Shown here: in pieces, positions 13,127 to 24,699 of the stretch
Layout: each line of letters begins with the position of its first letter
How positions within the stretch are numbered: the stretch's first letter is position 1
Source: Dicyema japonicum
Lineage: Eukaryota > Animalia > Dicyemida
Direction: 5' to 3'
Assembly: GCA_011109175.1 (NCBI GenBank)
Contig: RDEW01000056.1
Span: 62,001-126,000 of the forward strand
Length of the DNA stretch: 64,000 bases
Position numbers and translations under genes: made by a program
The notes under the pieces: generated by a model
The model's database searches: none
Told to the model about the DNA's origin: nothing
The model's input: only the letters and a program-made list of their open reading frames with translations

Positions 13127-16100
13127 ATGATAATGCTAGGAATTCTATTGTTATTTGCAAGTAATTTTAATCATAATCAAAGTTTGTGATAATTATTCTA
13201 AATATGGAAGACCAGTAAAAACTAAGAAAGAAATATCGACAGCATTTTGTCCGTTGAATACCCATATTTCTAACTGTCGCCCTAAAAATAAATATTATTC
13301 CGACGGATCATATGTTCAGGGTAACTTATGCCAAGTAAGAAGCAATGGAAGAGGAATAACCAATGTAAAGTATTTAATAATAGATAGGCCATCGCCACGT
13401 GTTTACCTATATCTGATTACGTGGTAACGGTATGTAGAAAAATTGCCAACACTGGTATACTCACGTGTCCTAGTGGGACAACTCTGACAGATTGTAGGAT
13501 TCACAACTGGTTGATTCTCTTATTTTAAACTAAGGATGAGTCCATACGATAAATATACGGTTTCAATAAAAGACAATAAATGTGAATTGATATCAAATAA
13601 AAAACAATATGCTGTCACATTTGAGGTCACTTGTCGCAGTATGCCTGTTATCTCAACTTAAAGAATATGCTATTCATAGGAGATTATTGAAAACAAGAAA
13701 ATCAATAGCGCGGATTACCTGTCCACCGAACTATGTTATGAAGGTTTGTAAACTTCTGCAACTTGCAAATCGAGTATCATCATACGTTTCTGGAAACTCG
13801 TGCATTGGAATATATAAACGTCATCGTAAAATATTTTCAGTAAAATTATAAATTGAATCTGTTCTATGCTGAATGTACACTCGACACTCAGGTCGTGGGG
13901 AGACTGGTCAATCAGGCGGAATTAGCGACCAAGAAATACGACTCCTTCGTTTTAGGATGCTCAATACATGTGAGGTTTACTTGGAAATTATCTTTAGGAA
14001 TTATAAAATAAATTATGATGCGATTCTCAAATTATTAGACAAAAATTGTTATTCCAAAGTATCAATTAGGGGAGTAACTGTCCACGGGATTGCAATACGT
14101 ATTTTTGGTTGTAATTCAGTCCCGAAAACTGTTCCGATGATATCTAAAACTCCAAAGAAATGTTCCGCAGGGTATGTTATAAAATATTGCTATTCCGAGA
14201 ACTCGAATGGCTATTATAGTAAAGGATATTGTAAAAGCGACAAAAATAATTATGTTTTTTTATTTCTCAATTTCTAGATTTATATGAGTTGTGAAAATGT
14301 TCGAAATTATTATTTGTCATACAAATGCTTTAAACCAAAACAGAGAACAGCAGTTTACGTTTACGGACAGTGCCCAAATGGTTATACATTGGTGAGCTGC
14401 CTAGCCACAACGTAATTCTTTTACGTTAATTTATAGTCCAGGAAGTGTTAATTTTATATATGTTAACAATCGATGTTATATGTTATCCAGGATACAAATT
14501 GTAGTAATTTGCAAAACAGTAATTATGTATAATATTCAAGCTTACTTATCCAGCAAGTAGTTCAAATACAGCAACATCTACAATTACAACTAATAAAATA
14601 ACAAAAAAACCTGAAACAATTACAACAAACAATCCGACTAAAACAAAAACAACAACTAGATGGAGACCAACAACAACTACCACAATCTATCCAACTACAA
14701 CAACACATAATTCGAGAACAACTACAACACCTAAATTCCGTCCAATAACGACAACAAATACTCCAAGACCTACAACAACAATTACATTTCGTACGACTAC
14801 GACCACAACAACTCCAAGACCAACAACAACCACATTCCGTTCGACTACGACCACAAATACACCAAGACCTACAACAACAACAAATTCCGTCCAACTACGA
14901 CCACAAAGACTCCAAGACAAACAACAACCAAATTCCGTCAACTACGACCACAACTACACAAAGACCGACAGCAACAACCACATTCCGTCCAACTACGACT
15001 ACAACGATTCCAAGACAAACAACAACCACATTCCGTACGACTACGACAACAACTACACCAAGACATACTACAACAACCACATTCCGTCAACTACGACCAC
15101 AACGACTCCAAGACAAACAACAACCAAGTTCTATACGATTACGACCACAACTACACCAAGACCGACAGCAACAACCACATTCCGTCCAACTACGACTACA
15201 ACAACTCCAAGACAAACAACAACCACATTCCGTCCAACTACGACCACAACGACTCCAAGACAAACAACAACCAAGTTCCGTACGATTACGACCATAACTA
15301 CACCAAGACACAACAACCACATTCCGTCCAACTACGACTACAACGACTCCAAGACCAACAACAACCACATTCCGTACGACTACGACCACAACTACTCCAA
15401 GACATACAACAACAACCACATTCCGTCCAACTACGACCACAACGACTCCAAGACAAACAACAACCAGATTCCGTCCAACTACGACCACAACGACTCCAAG
15501 ACAAACAACAACCAAGTTCCGTACGATTACGACCACAACTACACCAAGACCTACAACTACAACCACATTCAGTCCAACTACAACCACAACTACGCCAAGA
15601 CCAACAACAACCACATTCCGTACGACAACGACACAACAACTCAAGACAAACAACAACCACGTTCAGTCCAACTACGACCACAACTACTCCAAGACCTGCA
15701 ACAACAACCGCATTCCGTACGACTACCACCACAACGACTCCAAGACAAACAACAACCAGATTCAGTCCAACTACCACAACGACTCCAAGACAACAACCAA
15801 GTTCCGTACGATTACGACCACAACTACACCAAGACCTACAACTAACCACATTCAGTCCAACTACAACCACAACTACTCCAAGACAACAACAACCACATTC
15901 AGTCCAACTACTCCAAGACCTGCGACAACGACCGCATTCCGTACGACTACGACCACAACAACTCCAAGACTACAACAACAACATTCCGTACAACTACGAT
16001 GACAACTACTCCAAGACCAGCTACAACTACATTCCGTCCTATTGTCACTACAACAACACCAAGATCAGCTACAACAACAACCACAACGATACCGAGACCT

Positions 16101-17574
16101 ACATCAACCATCGTAATTCATCCAGCTACCACCACAACTACACCGAAACCAACATTTACTAAATTCCACCCAACTATTACCACAACCACACCGAGAAGTA
16201 CTACAACTACTGCATTCCGTCCAACTTTCACAAAAACAACACCAAAATCCACTTTAACTAACACATTACCTCCAACAATCACTACTATTTCTGGATATTT
16301 TCCAACTACCCAAAGATATTATACAACCACACAAATAATCCAACTATATTATCCAACCACACAAAATATCATCCAACTACCCAAAAATATTATCCAACCA
16401 CACAAAGATATTATCCAAACTACCCAAAGATATTATCAACTACCCAAAGATATTATCCAACCACCCAAAGATATTATCCTACACACAAAATATTCTCCAC
16501 ACAAAATATCATCCAACTACCTATTAGAACCACACACAAAGATATTATCCAACTACCCAAAGATATTATCCAACCACACAAAGATATTATCCAACCACAC
16601 AAAGATATTCTCCAACCACACAAAATTTTATCCAACACCACAAAGATATATCCAACACACAAAGATATTATCCTACCACACAAAAATTTTTCCAACACCC
16701 AAAGATATTCATCCAACTACCAAAGATATTATCCAACCACACAAAGATTTTATCCAACTACCCAAAGATATTATCCAACCACACAAAGATATTATCCAAC
16801 ACACAAAATATTATCCAACACCACACAAAGATATTCATCCAACTACCCTAAGATATTATTCCAACCACACAAAGATATTATCCAACTACCAAAGATATTA
16901 TCCAACACCAAAGATATTATCCAACCACACAAAATTTTCCAACTACCCAAAGATATCATCCAACTACCCAAAAATATTATCCAACACACAAAGATTATCC
17001 AACTACCCAAAGATATTATACAACACACAAAAATATTATCCCTACCCAAAAATATTATCCAACACACAAAGATATCATCCAACTACCCAAAGATATTATC
17101 CAACCACACAAAGATATTATCCAACTACCCAAAGATATTATCCAACCACCAAAGATATTATCCCTACCCAAAGATATTATCCAACACCCACAAAGATATT
17201 ATCCAACTACCCAAAGATATTATCCAACTACCCTAAGATATTATCCAACTACCCAAAGATATTATCCAACCACACAAAGATATTATCCTACCACACAAAA
17301 ATATTTTCCAACCACACAAAGATATCATCCAACTACCCAAAGATATTATCCAACCACACAAAGATTTTATCCAACTACCCAAAGATATTATCCAACTACC
17401 CAAAGATATTATCCAACTACCCAAAGATATTATCCAACTACCCAAAGATATTATCCAACTACCCAAAGATATTATCCAACTACCCAAAGATATTATCCAA
17501 CTACCCAAAGATATTATCCAATTACCCAAAGATATTATCCAACCACACAAAGATATTTTCAAACTAGAACTTAA
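13127..17574 (+). CDS. Multi-exon gene for a secreted protein: signal peptide, six Cys modules, Thr/Pro mucin repeat, (YPTTQRY)n tail
   Basis: Introns 13161-13182, 13365-13387, 13510-13534, 13639-13663, 13840-13861 (GT-TG), 13975-13997, 14099-14119 (in-frame, uncertain), 14254-14277, 14412-14436 and 14519-14540 give one stop-free frame from MIMLGILLLFAICDNY to LTYPASSSNTATST and into the Thr repeat. The repeat part has frameshifts. The final frame ends PTTQRYFQTRT* at 17574. Confidence 0.85.
14700..16250 (+). repeat. Coding minisatellite, ~51-nt unit (TTTTFRPTTTTTTPRPT-like 17 aa)
   Basis: Repeated ACAACAACCACATTCCGTCCAACTACGACCACAACGACTCCAAGAC; many small indels. Confidence 0.95.
16310..17560 (+). 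repeat. 21-nt tandem array (CCAACTACCCAAAGATATTAT / CCAACCACACAAAGATATTAT), about 55-60 units
   Basis: Directly visible; most homogeneous at 17360-17540. Confidence 0.97.
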
Positions 17575-17796
17575 GAAGACCGTTTACAACTTCTACTTAT
17601 CGGAATTTTAAAACTACTCACCGCTAGATAGCCTCTATTAATTTATAATCGTTAAATTAAATTATTCCTAGAATTTAATGGTGTTATCTCCAATAAAATT
17701 AATATTGGAAGTTATTATTCAAGAATTATTTTCATAGCACTGTATAAAAGGAAAACCCGGTGGCGTGTCAAAGAAAAAAAATCCTAGGTTGGTTAT

Positions 17797-20700
17797 TATT
17801 ATTATTATTATAAAGCACAACGTCTTGCCATTGGAAATGACAAAACCAGTGCAGTACCAAACATTAATTTTTTAGTTAATTTTCTCCACTTTCCACGATC
17901 CTGAGCCAAATCCCTCAAGTAATCCAGGTCATCTCCCGTAGTTAGAGATAATCCTATTCTCTTCAGGTCTTCATTCAGTGTCGTGGCCAGTGATGCTCTC
18001 GGACGTCCTCGGAACTTCACCTCCTCGGTTTGAAAGTATTCCTCCATGGCAACATTAGCTGGAGTTTCGATATTTCCCTGTAGGATGTGTCCAAATAGGC
18101 TCCAACGAAATTCCATGATGTCTAGTGAAATCGGTTTAGAAGACGTAATAGAGTATAGTTCTCGACTTCTTGTTCTCATACGGTCCCAGCACGAATGAAT
18201 TTCCTTAGTTGTCCCCGATGGAAAGAGTTTCGTTTTTCAATGTCATTTAGGGTTAATGACCAAGAACTTGCATTATATAGGAGTATTGGTTTGACTAACG
18301 AATTGTATTGCCGAGTTCTGATCTCTCGATTCAAGCCCTTCTTTCTTAGAAACCAATTTCTTCTCAAGTTGTATAAGGCCGTATTTGCTTTAATCTTCCG
18401 TGCAATGATGTCTTCTTTATCTCCAAGCAGGGATCCCAGCTTTTTAACCTTTCGCCAATGCTCTTCCAGAATAGATTCCTTCCTCATCAAAGTTGTCAGC
18501 TCTGTCTTGTCTTTGTTGATATTTAGTGACCATTTTTCGAATACTCTTGGTGCCGTCTCGAGTAATCCCAATAGGGCCTCCCCATTTTGCGAGACGAAGT
18601 CCACATCATCTGCATAAGCTAGGATGCTAGTTCCCTCCACAATAAAAGGCTTGAGATCCCGTAGCGCAGACTCAAGATATGCAACAAAGAGGAGAGGAGA
18701 CAATGGATCTCCTTGTGGAGTCCCAGTATTTGTCGAAAATGGCATGGCTTGAGTATTTCCAATTTTAACAGTTAGTTGTGTTTCAGCCAGTAGTGCCCTA
18801 ATCATCGAAACTGACGAGGCGTCGAATAGACCCGTGATAGATTCCAATAGTTTACAACGGTTAACTGAATCAAACGCTTTCGATATGTCAATCCCAAGGA
18901 TCCCAAAAGATGTTCTAAATCTTTGAATGGTTGAACATCTCCATTTTAGGCTCCATAAGACGTCTGCCGTTGATCTCCCCTCGCGGAATCCACTATGGTA
19001 TGGTGAAAGATAGGCTTCCAAATTCTCTCTTACACGTTCGAGAGTGATAATAGCCAGGATCTTCCTGATAACATTCATTAGGATGATCGGTCTCAAGTTT
19101 GTTACTTTTCCTTTCGGCTTATTTGGTTTGGGAACCGGAATCAAATAACCCTCTCCAATGGGTAACAACACACGTTCTTCAAACTTTTTATTCATGATCA
19201 ACGCAATGATTTCGTAGAGGTAGTCACCGCCGTGTTTGAATAGTTCAGGACGTAGTCCATCCGGGCCCGCACTTTTATCAGGTTTCAGCCTTTCACATGC
19301 TAATTTCACCTCATAAGGTGCAATTTTCATTCCCAGTTCACCGGATCCACAAACGAATGCCGAAATCACATTCTGAGTCGTATTTAGCCCCGACCTGAAG
19401 TGATCAGTAACCAACTCGGCAATCTCAGATGGGTTCATTATTCGTCTTCCATTTTGGTCGTATAATATAGGGGTACTCTTCTTATTGTGACATTTAAGTA
19501 GCCTAACAGCTTCGTAGTATCCCCTGTTACCCTTTAGCCCTTCCAGGTGCTCTAATTTGTTTAAGGCATCACATCTAGTAGCAGTCCTCACAGCTTTCTT
19601 TATTGACTTATGTATTCTTGCTTTTTCTTTCCTGAGTTCATCTATTGTAAATTTATTCATAGTTTTCTTTTCCTGTATTTGCAGTCGAATTTGCCTCTGC
19701 AGTTTGATTAGATTAGAGATATCTTGACTTGCACTATTCACATTTATCCAGCTTGGAATCTCCATATACATTTCATCATATGTTTTATGCATCGCCATTG
19801 ATACGTTTTTCCATACGTTTAAACATGATTGGTTCGTGTTAATATTCTCCAATTTGTTGGTTATTCGTTTTCTGTATATCTCCTTAATTTGTGGATCTGA
19901 GAAATTAATAGTCTTATTGTAGGCGTATTTTTTGGGTGGGTAGTATATTTGGAGTGTTTGTAATAGCTTACTCGAAATTTCGCAATGACCATCTTATGGT
20001 CAGTGTCAATGGACGAACCTCCGTAAGATCTCGCATTTGTCAATAATCTCTTATCTTTGCATCGACATATTATATAATCGATCTGGTTAAAAATATTTAT
20101 TATTTCTCCGTTATTTTTCTTGGTTGTCCCACACCAAGTCTTCATATGTCTTGCAGCGTGAGCGAATGATGTACGACATAAGAACAAATCGTTTGACCGA
20201 CAGAAGTTTCCTAACAGCGTTCCAGGAAGGTTTCTTTTCCCCCTGCTGAATCTCCCCAAGAACGTTTCGTCGGTATCTGTTCTCCTCCCCACCTTGGCGT
20301 TCATATCACCAGCTATAAATAAAAGTGCGGAGTCGGCCAATTCTAAATATAAATCTGAGTAGAAGTCATCAAATAGAGCCGGATCTTTGTTAATCCAACC
20401 ACTGTGAGGTGCGTATACATTGATAATGGAGACAATGTCAGTGCTTGCTTTGGTATTCATAAACTTCATTTGTAGAACTCCGTTGCGGTCATTAACTGCC
20501 CATACTCTGTAGATATGGGGGAGAAATTCCATTTTGATGGCAAAACCCAGTCCATAGTGCCTGTTGACAGTCGGAAGAAAGATCAATTTGAATTTACCAC
20601 ATGTTTCTTCGTGGTTATCTTGGATTTTGGTTTCCTGTAGGCAACCGATTGCGACATCGTAATTATGTAGGTCTTGACAGAGGGAGGTCCTTTTCCAAGA

Positions 20701-20817
20701 AGAGGTTAGGCCTCGGACGTTGAATGAGAGCAGCGAGAATTTCTCCAAAAGATAAGGTTCGTACTTTTCAGATATGTTAATACTTTCTTAGAACCACGTC
20801 ACCAGCTCAACCAAAAC
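17797..20817 (-). mobile_element. Full-length RTE-clade LINE (second family, ~3.0 kb) with 10-bp TSD and (TAA)n tail; ORF broken
   Basis: TSD GGTTGGTTAT at 17787-17796 and 20818-20827; (TTA)n at ~17793-17811; ORF pieces 19861-20748 (APE), 18176-19852 (RT: GTPQGDPLSP, YADD) and 17808-18179. Confidence 0.92.
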
Positions 20818-20875
20818 GGTTGGTTATAGAAAAAAATGTTGTTATAGAAAAAAGGTTGGTTATAGAAAAAAATCC
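20818..20875. repeat. Three ~19-20 nt tandem copies of G(G)TTG(G)TTATAGAAAAAA at the RTE insertion site
   Basis: Directly visible. Confidence 0.8.
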
Positions 20876-21564
20876 TAATGTATAGCTATTATAATATTAA
20901 CTAGAGATGAAAAAATTAAAATACTTGAAAAATAACTATTTATGAATTATCAAAAGGATTCCTAATGAATATCGTACCGTTGTCATCGGGAATAAGCTTC
21001 TCAGTAACAAAATCACTTCAAAGTCAGGACAGCAACAACAAAGTAGTAAACATCCGTGCTGTGTATCAGAGACACTTTTTACCACATCTTAAACATACTA
21101 AATACATGTTGGCCACAAATTCGTCAATACAGTTGGGAAAATATTTTTGATTCGTACTCAAAAACAAAAAAAGAAAGCAGACCTACTAGAAAATTTACTT
21201 CGAGCCATTCTATAGTGCACACTCTATTCAAAGCTCTAACGTTGATTATTAACTAGTACAAGATGTAAATTCTCAATGAAAATGTTATCAGATACAGTTT
21301 GGTCCCACTGATGGTCAAAAATACAAGTGCGTCACGACAAAAAGACTTTGGTTGAGGTATTGGCACGAAATGACGATTATCCTAGGGAACTTGTTTACAA
21401 TTCTGTTCTCTTAACTAAATGAATTTAGTTTTTTTAATAACCACATGTGCTCTGTGGTTGTCTATGAAGATTATGTCATCTACATAGTATTTAATTTTTA
21501 ACTGATTAAAAATATTTTTAAAAAGAAATCCAAAACGATAATATCATATTTCGGCTAACAATAA

Positions 21565-22116
21565 AATCGTTCTAAAGTCCAGCGGATATGATCGAGTGGC
21601 TGTTACCTCTGACTACTGCCAGGGATATCCTTTGGAAAAGCCACTCGGTTTCCCGACGCTCCCTCGAGGCTTTGGTCAATAGACACCCAAGTGCTCTAAG
21701 GAAAGAGACCGTCTTGGGGCCAAAGACTCCGCTCGTCTCGACGACCACTGGCTGTACATGAAAACGGTTTAGGAGGCTGCTGTATTTCTTTATTTTTGAG
21801 TTCTCATATAAACGGGCGGCCTCTCCCGCTTTCATTGCCGACCTCAAAAGTTTCGACTGGGAAAAGCTGTCAGTACAGGCAGCATCCCAAATTAAGCATT
21901 TGCCCCGAGAGAAGGGGAAGACAGTAATTCCATCGGGTCGCTTCCCATCATCCCTACTCAAGCCCGTTGGCTCTAGAATGGATGGGTATCCCGCCAACTC
22001 GAGGCGCGCTTCACCACTTCATTTATAGCCTTGTGTCTAGCGAATCGACCTGCGCTTTTTCGACAAGAAAGGGCATGATGTCCATAGCAGTCGACCTTCC
22101 GGCCGCATCGGCACTC
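21565..22116 (-). mobile_element. 5'-truncated CRE-like LINE (restriction-like endonuclease domain)
   Basis: CRCG...GHHALSC...RH zinc motif; RPDG, WDAAC, KKY and PVVVETSG RLE motifs. Confidence 0.85.
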
Positions 22117-22119
22117 ATT

Positions 22120-22310
22120 TTTAATTTATTAACCCAGGATACTCTGAGAATGAAGTTAAAGTAAACAATTAGGTAAGTGTATCCAGTTTCCACTTGCACA
22201 GAAAAAGTCCATCCTGAATCAGCATACAGTGGAGTGGGGAAAGAGTAAATGATCCTTTTTCGTGCCAGCCAGGCATCACATGACTCCATTTTAATAAGAA
22301 GGAAGAGAAG
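22120..22310 (-). mobile_element. Non-coding dispersed repeat, candidate non-autonomous retroelement (second copy at 60130-60370)
   Basis: Shared blocks AAGTAAACAA, TCCAGTTTCCACTT, AAAGTCCAT, GAATCAGCATA, ATCCTTTTTCGTGCC. Confidence 0.65.
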
Positions 22311-22479
22311 AACAAACAAAACAAACAACCAATTATCCAGGTAGTACTACATGACGCCACCGGCAACCACATAATATTTGTGAATAATTAAATTATTTAT
22401 TTTTAAAAATACAAAAAATTAAACAAAAATGGTCCCCGACATAATCGTCATTGATTTTCCTCTTGCGATCACAACAGAG

Positions 22480-22960
22480 ATCACTGGAGAAGCCACCAAG
22501 TCTCACGTGCGTCATGGCTTTTTAGTGTAGCTAGGCGTCCAAGTTTCTTTAGGAAACGAAGCGATTTCACGCTTATTCCTTCTGTTGTCTCAACAACGAT
22601 GAGGTAGAACTTGAACCGATAAAGCAGCGTTCGTATTTTTTCATTTGTGTTCATTGTTTTTTTCCGCAGCATACAGTGTCTCTACCGCACTCCTACAATG
22701 TTGGATGGGCAAAGGGGGTCGACGCACGTAGCATCTCATACAAAAGGTTTCCCTCCTTGAATGGAAAAATTATGATTTGGTCAGCCTGTTTTCCGTCTCA
22801 TCTGTCCAAGCCAACAGATTCATGCATGAAGGGGTATCCAGCAGACTCAAGGGCTAGCTCAACAATTCCGTTGACCGCTTTATGTCTTAGGAATCGTGCT
22901 GCATTTCCTCGACAAGAAAGGATGTCCATAACAGTCGACGGTACTACCACACCGGTACTT
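22480..22960 (-). mobile_element. Decayed CRE-like RLE fragment
   Basis: LSCRGNAARFLRHKAVN, LESAGYP, IFPFKEGK, VVETTEG and RETWWLLQ motifs. Confidence 0.75.
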
Positions 22961-23370
22961 GTGAGTCTGGCAAATCTTCATTCCAAGTCAGATAAAGATA
23001 CAGGTGTGGACGGTATCATCATCATTAGTGAATTGAAATTAAAAATTAAATTAATTAAATTTATTCCAAAGACCTACTTACCGGTAATTCTATATTAAGA
23101 AATTATAAATCTTTCGATTTTAGCCAAATTCCATTTATTAGTTTTAATAACTCGCAGAATCCCCGACTTTCGCAAAAACAACCGAATTCTTTTAAATTTT
23201 AAGGAATTGAAGGAGTATCAGTTCAATTTAGAACGAAACCAAAGTAATTCCTCTTCCAAAATTGTGTTTAAATATAATCTTTTCGTTTTTGCTTGTTTTA
23301 GACGCAAACACAGAATAGTAAACAGATGAAGTATTTCAAAGTCAATATAATCGAGTTCAAATTGTTAGAT

Positions 23371-24660
23371 CAGTGGTCTCAAACTTATATCGCTTTGAGA
23401 GTTGCATTTATAATAATTTCTCATCAATGGAAAATTTATATATTTATTTAACAACCCAATACCACGGTAAAACCAAACTAATTATCACATGATACCAATG
23501 CATTCTAACAGCGACCTCATCTTTGCCTGGTGTTCTTACCTCGTCCACCACATGAACGTACAGGACGGCTAATTAAATTTTCATGGACACATTCCCGTAA
23601 TCTGAAGTCTAGTCTCATAAGCGCCTCCAGAGGTCCGGTTCGGTGATATTCACAAATCCAACGTTCCCTTACTCTGTAAGCTCTCCTTTGCATTCCCGGG
23701 AAAATTAATTCTGATTTATTATTTTTTAAAAATATATTTATTTATTCTAATAAAAAACCAAAAATAAGAGAAACTTAATTATTTAATCACCACTTTTTAA
23801 TTTTGGTGAGAGCTACTTCCAGATGATTGATATATTTTTTTAATACAATTTTTTGATATGTCGGGCTCAGCTATTTGTGTAGACTTTTATTAAATCGGAT
23901 AAATTTTCATCAGTAAGTCTTGTTTTTTGAGTAGTTTTTGTCAATTTCATAAATGAAATAAGCTGCTAACATACATATGTAGAACCAACATAACATTGAT
24001 TTTTGTCGCTAACTTAATGTTTTTAAACTTTCAGGAAGATATGAAAAGAAAGCTGGTATTCCAACCTCCAGATATTTAGCTTTAAGTATAGAATCCGATT
24101 GGATTTTAATAGTTCTATTTGTAAGCTTTCATCTGCATTGGAAACATTAAGAGAGAATTGTGTTATGAATAATGAAAATTGATTTTTTTGAAGTGATAAC
24201 CAGAGGGCTAAAGTATAAAAAAGAATTCATTGAACTGATTATTCATATCTATTCGCAGTTTACAAAACTGCCGGTGGTTGAGGACATCTGATATAGTTTA
24301 CTGTTTTCGTGACCGAACTTATCGTATTTTCCATTATTAAAATCTTTGGGCACAAGTTTTGCTGATGAATAATACAATGAAAGCAAGATTACCAGGAATT
24401 TAAATTTTTTATTTCAGCTCGTAATTTGGAAGCAGTACCAGCATGTCGTAAAACCATATTCGGACACAAATACAAGCTTCTTTTAATTCTTTAATCAAAT
24501 CCATAGTCAAAGAGAATTTGTAGTAGTTTTACAAATATATCTTTACTTGAATAGTATCGTGATGAGCAGTTCGAGAAATTCTTCATAATCACAATATGAC
24601 TTTCCATTCATTGCAATCATTCTGCTGATTTCATAGCTTGCAGTAACTGATGCATGATGA
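23371..24660 (-). mobile_element. Decayed, internally deleted Charlie/GTF2IRD2-type hAT transposon
   Basis: Terminus CAGTGGTCTCAAACT at 23371; minus-strand ASYEISRMIAMNGKSY, LQIELL, VGIPAFFSYLP and RLTDENL remnants. Confidence 0.7.
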
Positions 24661-24699
24661 TTAGACCTTCTTAGTTAATAAGCGTTCTAGTGGGCCGCT

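Noticed and set aside
14562-15870. Long Val- or Cys-rich minus-strand ORFs (also at 32359-34490)
   Set aside because: They are the antisense reading of ACA/ACC/ACG Thr repeats, not independent genes.
16310-17560. 21-nt array as CRISPR or telomeric repeat
   Set aside because: Units are contiguous with no unique spacers, there are no cas genes, and the array continues from a coding frame inside the contig.
17725-17744. Lone Tc1-like terminus (reverse complement CAGTGCTATGAAAA, followed by TA)
   Set aside because: No partner TIR or transposase found nearby; insufficient to call an element.
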